Source: Candidatus Woesearchaeota archaeon (lineage in GTDB: Archaea; Nanobdellota; Nanobdellia; Pacearchaeales; GW2011-AR1). From it: DNA of 64,000 bases. The notes under the pieces were generated by a model. That model saw nothing but the letters and a program-made list of their open reading frames with translations, was not told the origin of the DNA and did no database searches. Where the stretch lies: positions 86,602 to 150,601 of the forward strand of contig CAYLOQ010000001.1 in the NCBI GenBank assembly GCA_964385425.1. Direction: 5' to 3'. The number at the start of each line of letters is the position of its first letter. Within the stretch, counting starts at the first letter, position 1. The translations under genes were made by a program, and so were the position numbers. Shown here piece by piece: positions 19,783 through 26,693 of this stretch.

Positions 19783-20109
19783 ATGGAAATAGAAGAAATA
19801 AACAAGTTCATAAATGAAGAAATAAAAAGATTGGAAGAATATCATTCTGAAAAAGATAAAGATGAATTAACAATGGCTATGGGATTTAAGGTCGTTGAAG
19901 AAATTGGAGAATTATTTGAAGAAATGTTAAAAAAGAAGGGCTATCAAAGAAAGGACAAACTAGAAAAGCAAAGTGAAGAGGAAATAAAAAAGGAATTTGC
20001 CGATGTAATATTCACGGTTTTAATCTTGGCAAAAAGATTTGATATAGATATAGAAGACGCTATAAAAATAAAAATGAGTGAAATAAAAAAGAGAAAATAC
20101 ACAAAATAA
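19783..20109 (+). CDS. MazG-like nucleotide pyrophosphohydrolase
   Basis: All-alpha 108-aa protein with the EEIGELFEE metal-binding EExxE motif typical of MazG/NTP-PPase domains. It is wedged between pheS and pheT. Confidence 0.55.
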   Translation: MEIEEINKFINEEIKRLEEYHSEKDKDELTMAMGFKVVEEIGELFEEMLKKKGYQRKDKLEKQSEEEIKKEFADVIFTVLILAKRFDIDIEDAIKIKMSEIKKRKYTK

Positions 20110-20112
20110 AAA

Positions 20113-21759
20113 ATGGCCATAATAAACCTCAACAAAAAACTCTTTGAAAGGGAACTTGGAACCTTGGACTCCAAGATGAAGAACAGAATTGCTATGTTTG
20201 GGACTCCTATTGAAAGGATTACCAGAGACGAGATCCAGATAGAAATATTCCCGAACAGACCAGACCTGTCTTCATACCAAGGATTCAAAAGATCCTTCCT
20301 TGCTTTCTTAGGAAAGAAAACAGGGTTAAAGGAATACAGAATAAATAGTCCTGAAAAAAATTACCAGGTGTATATAGATTCTTCTGTGAGGGATGTTCGT
20401 CCTTATACTGCTTGTGCAATAATAAAGAATCTAAGATTGAATGACGAAAAAATAAAAGAGATAATTGAAATCCAGGAGAAACTGCACATCACTATCGGAA
20501 GAAAAAGAAAAAAAGTTGCAATTGGTATTTATCCCTTAGAAAAAATAAAGCTTCCGATAACCTTCAAGGCTTTAGAGCCAGACAAGATAAAGTTCATCCC
20601 CTTAGAAATGGGTAGAGAGCTTTCCGGACTTGAAATTCTTCAGAGACATCCTGCAGGTAGGAATTATGCCCATCTTTTAGCTGGAAAAGCTAAATTCCCA
20701 ATTTTCATAGATGCGAATAAACAGATATTAAGCATGCCCCCTATAATCAATTCTCAAGCAACAGGAAGAATAACAGAAAAAACCAGGGATGTTTTTGTAG
20801 AGTGCTCTGGATCTGATCTAAAAACTTTAAAACAATGTCTAAATATAATCGTTACGAGCTTAGCGGAAATGGGTGGAGATATTTATCAAATGAAACTAAA
20901 TTACGGAAAGACCCCGGATCTTACACCAAAAAAAGCGAGAATTTCCTTAGAAAATACGAACAAGCTCCTTGGATTGGAACTTAATGAAAAACAACTCAAA
21001 CAACTTATAGAGAAAATGGGCTATAATTATAAAGAGGGAACTGTTCAGGTCCCTGCTTGGAGAACAGATATTTTACACGAGGTCGACCTTATAGAAGACG
21101 TTGCAATAGCCTATGGTTATGATAATTTTATTCCAGAAATTCCAGATATATCCACAATCGGTGAAGAAAATCCGATAGAAGGGATAAAGAGAAAAATATC
21201 AGAAATTTTTTCTGGATTAGAAGTGCTGGAAGTTTCTAATTATCACCTAACAAATAAGAGAAACCAACTGATAAAAATGAGTGTTTTAGAAAAACAAGAG
21301 AAAAATCTTATAGAACTAGAAGAATCAAAAACAGATTTTACAATTTTAAGAAAAAACCTCACCCACCTTTTATTAAAAATTTTTTCAGAAAATGTAGATG
21401 CAGAGTACACACAAAAAATATTTGAAGTTGGAAAGGTTTTCAGATTAGAAGATTCCGGAAAAATAAAAGAGGTTGAAATGTTTGCCATGGCTCTCTCTCC
21501 AGGAAATTTCACAGAAATAAAACAAATATTAGAATATTTCTCAAGGATGACAGGCATACCCTTAAAATTGAAAGAGGGTGAAGAAACACCTTTACATTTT
21601 ATCAAAGGCAGAGTTGCTCAGGTATTTTTCAAAGGAGAGAAGATAGGGTTTCTTGGAGAAATCCATCCAAAAATTTTAAAAAGCTGGAAGATAAAAATGC
21701 CTGTAGCATTAATGGAAATTGAATTAGAAGAAATTTTTAAAGAATTGGAAAAAGATTAG
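20113..21759 (+). CDS. pheT: Phenylalanyl-tRNA synthetase beta subunit (archaeal)
   Basis: 548 aa with a B3/4 editing-like domain and a C-terminal class-II-like fold; it is operonic with pheS. Confidence 0.85.
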   Translation: MAIINLNKKLFERELGTLDSKMKNRIAMFGTPIERITRDEIQIEIFPNRPDLSSYQGFKRSFLAFLGKKTGLKEYRINSPEKNYQVYIDSSVRDVRPYTACAIIKNLRLNDEKIKEIIEIQEKLHITIGRKRKKVAIGIYPLEKIKLPITFKALEPDKIKFIPLEMGRELSGLEILQRHPAGRNYAHLLAGKAKFPIFIDANKQILSMPPIINSQATGRITEKTRDVFVECSGSDLKTLKQCLNIIVTSLAEMGGDIYQMKLNYGKTPDLTPKKARISLENTNKLLGLELNEKQLKQLIEKMGYNYKEGTVQVPAWRTDILHEVDLIEDVAIAYGYDNFIPEIPDISTIGEENPIEGIKRKISEIFSGLEVLEVSNYHLTNKRNQLIKMSVLEKQEKNLIELEESKTDFTILRKNLTHLLLKIFSENVDAEYTQKIFEVGKVFRLEDSGKIKEVEMFAMALSPGNFTEIKQILEYFSRMTGIPLKLKEGEETPLHFIKGRVAQVFFKGEKIGFLGEIHPKILKSWKIKMPVALMEIELEEIFKELEKD

Positions 21760-21780
21760 TTTTTTATTCCTAGAGAAAGA

Positions 21781-23196
21781 ATGGAAGATGTTTACGCCAA
21801 AATTAATTCAATAGAAAATTTAACATTGGCTTGGCAAAATGCAAAGAAAGGGAAGACTAAAAAAAGATATGTAAAAAGATTCCAGAAAAATCTAAAAAGT
21901 AATTTATTATCTCTACAAAAAGAACTTAAAAATCATACCTACAAAACAAGACCTCAAAAGAAATTCATATTGAGAGATCCTAAAACAAGAAAAATATTAA
22001 AATCCGTTTTTAGAGACAGAGTTATTCATCATGCGTTATGTAATATTATCACTCCTGTTTTTGAGGGGGGATTTATCTATGATTCACACGCCAATCAAAT
22101 AGGAAAGGGGACGCTGAAGGCGTTAGAAAGATTTGACAAATTTAAAAGAAAAGTTTCTAAAAATAACTCTAGAAATTGCTATGTTTTAAAGGCAGATATA
22201 AAACACTATTTTGAAGAGATAGATCATAAAATCTTGATAGATATCATAAAAAATAAGATTAAAGATGAGAGAGTTATATGGCTCGCCTATAAAATCTTAA
22301 AGAGTAGCAGAGAGAGAAACGAGCAATCCATTAAAGATAAAGGCATGCCTTTAGGAAATTTAACATCGCAATTTTTTGCTAACGTTTACCTTAATGAATT
22401 AGACAAATTTGTTAAACACAAGTTAAGAGCAAAATATTATATAAGATATGTTGATGATTTTGTAATTCTGCATAGATCTAAGGAACAGCTTGAAAAGTGG
22501 AAGAATAAAATAGATATCTTTCTAAAAGAAAAATTGGATTTAAAATTACATCCAAATAAATCTCAGATTTTAAAATTAGAAAAAGGGATTAAATTCTTAG
22601 GCTTTAGAATTTTCAATTATCATAAGCTTTTAAGAAAGAGCAATATGAAACATTTTGAAAGAAAATTAAATCATATGAAAATAATGCTTGAGGAAGATTT
22701 ATTAAATAGAGAAGAAATTGTAGAGAAATTAGAAGGTTGGCTAGCTTATGCTGTCAAGGGTAATACTCATAAATATAGAAAATATATAGTTCAGAATTTT
22801 AATAGACTTTTTCCTATAGATAAAACAATCCCAATAAAAAATAAGAAGAAACATTTTAACTTTTTGAAAAAGGTTGATGAAAGTACTTTGGAATTTTCAG
22901 TTCAAAAAACTCTTTTTATGTTTTGCAACGGAATGAAAATCAAAGACCTTGCTGAGAAAAGAGGGATAAAAGAAGGGACAGTGTGGAAGCATTTAATAAA
23001 TTTGATAGAGCACAAACAAATTTTAGTATCTCAAGTTTTGCCTAATAAAAAGATTAGACTAATTGCAAATAAGATTTATAATAAAAAAGATGGGCTGAAG
23101 GTGATTAAAAGAAGATTGAAAAGCCATAATATTAATTATGATGAAATTGCTTGTGTTTTGGCAAGTATAAAATCAAAAAATAAAAAAGTGTCCTAG
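21781..23196 (+). CDS. DGR-type reverse transcriptase
   Basis: RT motifs 1-7 are present (DRVIHHAL; SHANQIGKGT; LKADIKHYFEEIDH; YIRYVDDFVIL; LGFRI). Motif 4 reads LGNLTSQFFANVYLNELD, i.e. the DGR-specific [ILV]GxxxSQ rather than the group II intron QGxxxSP. There is a ~150-aa C-terminal extension with a possible HTH (IKDLAEKRGIKEGTVWKHL). Confidence 0.8.
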   Translation: MEDVYAKINSIENLTLAWQNAKKGKTKKRYVKRFQKNLKSNLLSLQKELKNHTYKTRPQKKFILRDPKTRKILKSVFRDRVIHHALCNIITPVFEGGFIYDSHANQIGKGTLKALERFDKFKRKVSKNNSRNCYVLKADIKHYFEEIDHKILIDIIKNKIKDERVIWLAYKILKSSRERNEQSIKDKGMPLGNLTSQFFANVYLNELDKFVKHKLRAKYYIRYVDDFVILHRSKEQLEKWKNKIDIFLKEKLDLKLHPNKSQILKLEKGIKFLGFRIFNYHKLLRKSNMKHFERKLNHMKIMLEEDLLNREEIVEKLEGWLAYAVKGNTHKYRKYIVQNFNRLFPIDKTIPIKNKKKHFNFLKKVDESTLEFSVQKTLFMFCNGMKIKDLAEKRGIKEGTVWKHLINLIEHKQILVSQVLPNKKIRLIANKIYNKKDGLKVIKRRLKSHNINYDEIACVLASIKSKNKKVS

Positions 23197-23215
23197 TAAG
23201 CAAGTCCAAGTTATT

Positions 23216-23300
23216 AAAGGCGAAACGACCATTGTCGTTGCTAAGATTAGTCCTCGCATTCGACCTAGCCCCGCTGCCGAGCCTGTTGACGTACCACGCC
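23216..23300 (-). repeat. DGR template repeat (TR); sense strand is the minus strand
   Basis: Its 85 bp are identical to 23705-23789 except at 9 positions. All 9 carry T in this copy and C in the other on the + strand, i.e. A vs G on the minus strand. The minus-strand sense reads AWYVNRLGSGARSNARTNLSNDNGRFA, with the AAC/AAT/AGC codons typical of TRs. Confidence 0.75.
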
Positions 23301-23467
23301 GCCCAAGTTAGCCTATTTACTTCTTGTTTTCACCACCACTTCACACATTAGGTGTCGTGATTGTATTTTATAAGAGCAAGCTCCCATCGTAAATAAACGT
23401 ATAGCCTAGCTTACTTCGTAAAAACGGTTGCTAGGACAAAATTATATGATAAAAACGCTATAAAAAT

Positions 23468-24400
23468 CTATTGACTTGTTAAATCATCAATCGCTTTTCT
23501 AACCTCAGACTCATTAGCAGAACCAATATAATCTCCAATTACAGAATAAATTTGATCAGTAGTTAATAGTCTTTTTCTTAATTGGTCTCTTTCATCTAAA
23601 GCACTTCCAATTTGATCAATTTGTCCAGATTGTAACGTTCCTTCTAAACTTTGAAGTTGAACTCTTGCTTTATCGATGTCAACCTTAGCGTCTCCGACGC
23701 CATAAAAGGCGAAACGACCATCGCCGCCGCTAAGATTAGCCCTCGCACTCGACCCAGCCCCGCCGCCGAGCCTGCTGACGTACCACGCCTTCAAGACTCC
23801 TTTATCGCTAACATCAGGCAAATCTTGTCCCATCATTGTAACATCTTTATCATTAATATATTCTCTTCCTAATTCAAATGTCTTGCCAATAATTTCTGCA
23901 ACTTCATCTCCCGACCTTGCGAATTTAGAATCAACATGATCTGGATGTCCTAATTTTGTTAAAAGTAATTTGTGCTTCATTGCTTGACTTTCTGTTAAAT
24001 CTTTATTAAGAATTAATCCTTTTCTTTGAAGAGTATAAACTCCGTTTCCTTCTAATTTTTCCCATCTGCCGTCAACATCCAAGTTTACTCCGTAATTCAC
24101 TAGCTCTTCATCAGGATTGATTAAGCCTAAACCAAATCTAGCAACCTCTGTCAATTCTCTACTTCCAGTCTCATAAGGTAAAATAACTTTTACAGTTTCT
24201 CCTTTTGTTGCTGATAATGTTGAAGTATCCCAATATTGATCCCTTATTTCAGGATTTTCAATTCCATATTTTCTTATGTCAGCTTCTGAAAGAATAACAC
24301 CTTCGCCTTTTTCATATCTTGCTAAAAGCACTGGTGAGGTATCTACATTTCTACCATAACAAGGTTCTATTGTCCTTCCTTCTAATTGGATGTTTTCCAT
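23468..24400 (-). CDS. DGR target (variable) protein
   Basis: 310 aa with no signal peptide. The VR lies at aa ~205-231 (KAWYVSRLGGGAGSSARANLSGGDGRFAFYGVGD) and is followed by an ~80-aa helical C-terminal tail. Confidence 0.7.
   Translation of the reverse strand: MENIQLEGRTIEPCYGRNVDTSPVLLARYEKGEGVILSEADIRKYGIENPEIRDQYWDTSTLSATKGETVKVILPYETGSRELTEVARFGLGLINPDEELVNYGVNLDVDGRWEKLEGNGVYTLQRKGLILNKDLTESQAMKHKLLLTKLGHPDHVDSKFARSGDEVAEIIGKTFELGREYINDKDVTMMGQDLPDVSDKGVLKAWYVSRLGGGAGSSARANLSGGDGRFAFYGVGDAKVDIDKARVQLQSLEGTLQSGQIDQIGSALDERDQLRKRLLTTDQIYSVIGDYIGSANESEVRKAIDDLTSQ
23687..23701 (-). promoter_or_regulatory. GC hairpin immediately 3' of the VR (5-6 bp stem GCGTC/GACGC, loop GGA on the sense strand)
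   Basis: A perfect inverted repeat, g-GCGTC-GGA-GACGC-t, 4 nt downstream (sense) of the VR homology end. The TR has no counterpart. Confidence 0.5.
23705..23789 (-). repeat. DGR variable repeat (VR) inside the target gene
   Basis: It matches the TR at 76 of 85 positions. It encodes AWYVSRLGGGAGSSARANLSGGDGRFA in frame in ORF 23468-24400. Confidence 0.75.
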
Positions 24401-24482
24401 AATTTTTTATAGAATTGTAGTTTATAAATCTTTCTATGGTGTTACCACTTGGTAATTAATAACGAGAATAGTTAGAAAAACC

Positions 24483-24968
24483 CTAACCGAAGTAACCTTT
24501 ATTGTTTGCTTCTGATTTGTTATCCCAATTTTGATTTATTTTATCCAAAATAACCAAAAAGTCTCTCTTTATTTCCTTCCATAGATCGTAAGAATACCTT
24601 ACAAATTCAGCTTCTTTTTCTTCAGAAAATTCTGTGTCAAGCCTGATCAAGGTAATTTCATTTTTTGTAAGTTTTTTATAGATGTCTGATGCCTTTTTTC
24701 TCTCTTCTGTTCCAAGGGTCTTAATAATAGAAAAAACAAACATAGGAGCATTTACGGGATTAAGAAGAGTTTCTATAAATCTCATATATCCCCCCAATTT
24801 ATCTGCCATGAACTTCCTTATCTCCCTTATCAAGATATCTGTCTCAACCTCTGCCGCTTTTTCTATCTGAAAATCTTCGTTAAGTTCCCTAAAATCAGGA
24901 AGGTCGTATTTCCTTTTGATTACTTCATAATTTTTCTTTAATTTTTCCAGTTTAGATTTTTCTTCCAT
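24483..24968 (-). CDS. Hypothetical helical protein upstream of the DGR target, a candidate DGR accessory factor
   Basis: 161 aa, predicted all-alpha and charged, co-oriented with the target gene. No Avd signature could be verified. Confidence 0.35.
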   Translation of the reverse strand: MEEKSKLEKLKKNYEVIKRKYDLPDFRELNEDFQIEKAAEVETDILIREIRKFMADKLGGYMRFIETLLNPVNAPMFVFSIIKTLGTEERKKASDIYKKLTKNEITLIRLDTEFSEEKEAEFVRYSYDLWKEIKRDFLVILDKINQNWDNKSEANNKGYFG

Positions 24969-25106
24969 ATTTTGAAGTGTGAATTGGGTTTTATAAATCT
25001 TCCTTAGAAGAAAAGCCTCGTCAGGTTTTAAAGTGAGTTATTTTTTATAATCTTCTAATAAGAATCTTATCACTTAAAATATCTAATCAACTTTACGGCA
25101 AGTGGC

Positions 25107-26039
25107 TTATCTTTGTTTTAAGGCATATTTAAGCCTATTTTTAGCGGTCTTCACATAGTTTTTTATTTCTGAAGGGTTCTTATCAATTGCCCATCGAAGT
25201 TTATCAAATGCAGAAAGTAATAAGAATTCACTAATATCTTTTCTTAATTTTATATATTGTTTCTTTTTTATTCCATATCCTTTTGAAAATTCATTAAAAT
25301 CCTTTAAATTTAATTTTTTATATTCCAAAAGCCGATACCCTAATACCTCAACAAATTCTCCATAGGGTATTATATTTGATTCAGCACATCCCCAATCAAT
25401 TAGAATGAAATTTTTATTATTGTCCACAATAATGTTTTCGGGAACAAGATCATTATGAGTTAATCCGAATTTATGTTTTTTTGATTTTAATTGCATAAAA
25501 TACTTTCGTATGATTGGTATTTGTTTTTCATTATAAACTTTTAATTCAATTAATTTATCTTTTTTATTTAGACTCTTAATGTTATAATTAATAAATTTAT
25601 TCCAGCTTCCTAAAAACTTTCCTGTTTTTATATCAAGTTTGTCTCCATACCCTTTTGTTTTAATAGAATTAATTTTCTTTCCATATTCTCCCAATTTTCT
25701 CCAAATTATTGATTTATTAATTTTTATTTCTTTACCACTTTTGCCTTCTATAAATTTGTATGCCATATAAGTTATCCCTTTGTATTTACCAACTTTTAGT
25801 ATTTCAGGGCCAAGGACTCCTTTCTTTTTTGCCTTATTCATACACCACTCTTCTTTTCTAAATTCATCTCTTTCTTTATTTAATCTTAATAAAACTTTAT
25901 TTTTGCTAGTTTTTACTACAAAAACTTGATTTACATCACCTTTGCCAATTATTTGCCTAATTGATATTACTTTTTCTTTTGATATCTTTCCAAATATCTT
26001 TTTAATATTTGTTTTTGAGACCATATTATAATTTAGCAT
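25107..26039 (-). CDS. Protein-kinase-like phosphotransferase (APH/ChoK family)
   Basis: Catalytic loop HNDLVPENIIVD and metal-binding IDWG, with a Lys-rich N-lobe; extremely AT-rich. Confidence 0.55.
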   Translation of the reverse strand: MLNYNMVSKTNIKKIFGKISKEKVISIRQIIGKGDVNQVFVVKTSKNKVLLRLNKERDEFRKEEWCMNKAKKKGVLGPEILKVGKYKGITYMAYKFIEGKSGKEIKINKSIIWRKLGEYGKKINSIKTKGYGDKLDIKTGKFLGSWNKFINYNIKSLNKKDKLIELKVYNEKQIPIIRKYFMQLKSKKHKFGLTHNDLVPENIIVDNNKNFILIDWGCAESNIIPYGEFVEVLGYRLLEYKKLNLKDFNEFSKGYGIKKKQYIKLRKDISEFLLLSAFDKLRWAIDKNPSEIKNYVKTAKNRLKYALKQR

Positions 26040-26097
26040 AATAATATAAAAAAGTATGCGAAATGGAATAATTGAACTCAGGACATTTACATTAAAA

Positions 26098-26168
26098 GCC
26101 TCGAGTGGGATTTGAACCCGCGACCCCCACCTTACCGAGGTGGTGCTCTACCACTGAGCTATCGAGGC
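26098..26168 (-). tRNA. tRNA-Thr (anticodon GGU), atypical
   Basis: Reverse complement GCCTCGATAGCTCAGTGGTAGAGCACCACCTCGGTAAGGTGGGGGTCGCGGGTTCAAATCCCACTCGAGGC folds as a cloverleaf with a 7/7 acceptor stem, a TTCAAAT T-loop, and anticodon loop UCGGUAA. There is an A-C mismatch in the T-stem and a C at position 33 where U is almost universal. Confidence 0.65.
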
Positions 26169-26205
26169 ACAAATATTAATAAAAGGATCAGTATAAAAAT
26201 TAATC

Positions 26206-26460
26206 CTATTTCCTAGAAATTTTAAGAATCCAAAGAACCAATAAAGCAATTAGAAATGCAAAAGCCACAAATCCTGTTAATATAGACAATATGGCGAAAA
26301 GATTAACAAATATCTGGTTTGAAGAAGCATTATACAAAACAAATGAAAGAACAAATAAAATTACAAATAAAAGAAAATTCCTAATGGACAGATTAATTCT
26401 CTTAGCAATATTACGAACAGGTCTCTTAACTGTTCTCTTTGCCCCTTTCTTTTTCACCAT
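26206..26460 (-). CDS. Small membrane protein
   Basis: 84 aa with a basic N-terminus and two TM helices. Confidence 0.3.
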   Translation of the reverse strand: MVKKKGAKRTVKRPVRNIAKRINLSIRNFLLFVILFVLSFVLYNASSNQIFVNLFAILSILTGFVAFAFLIALLVLWILKISRK

Positions 26461-26494
26461 CTTGTGATAATATTGAAAATATACTTTATAAATA

Positions 26495-26692
26495 TTACTC
26501 GGGGAACCAATCCAATTTAATGGCTTCTCCGGTCAGGGTTTGGGAATTTATATATATCTGATTCATCCATTCGAGATATAGATCAGAAAAAATCTCAATG
26601 TTTTCTTTTTGATGCAGTGCCAAATTATTGTTGCTGATTATTAAAAGAGCTCCCAGTATAAAAAACATAAGAATAATTATGAGAATCTTCAT
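26495..26692 (-). CDS. Small membrane protein (paralog of the adjacent ORF)
   Basis: 65 aa with an N-terminal TM helix; the C-terminal motif EAIKLDW resembles AISMDW in the neighbouring ORF. Confidence 0.3.
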   Translation of the reverse strand: MKILIIILMFFILGALLIISNNNLALHQKENIEIFSDLYLEWMNQIYINSQTLTGEAIKLDWFPE

Positions 26693-26693
26693 T

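Larger units (their letters stand above)
21781..24400. mobile_element. Diversity-generating retroelement (DGR) cassette: RT, template repeat (TR), and target gene with variable repeat (VR)
   Basis: An RT with DGR-type motif 4, an 85-bp TR/VR pair that differs only at TR adenines, and a GC hairpin 3' of the VR; details are in the component features. Confidence 0.8.

Noticed and set aside
21781-23196. Group II intron or retron identity for the RT
   Set aside because: Motif 4 is LGxxxSQ, not QGxxxSP. There is no intron RNA domain V/VI-like GC structure or maturase/endonuclease domain. An adjacent TR/VR pair is present instead.
23196-23436. 8-bp inverted repeat TGTCCTAG/CTAGGACA bracketing the TR and its leader
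   Set aside because: It is short enough to occur by chance in ~240 bp. It is kept only as a note within the architecture finding, not as a feature.
23216-23789. Alternative explanation of the repeat pair as a plain segmental duplication with C->T (deamination-like) drift
   Set aside because: All 9 differences fall on one base class on one strand, and the AAC-rich copy lies in non-coding DNA next to an RT with the DGR-specific motif. Simple drift would also hit other positions among the 76 matching bases.
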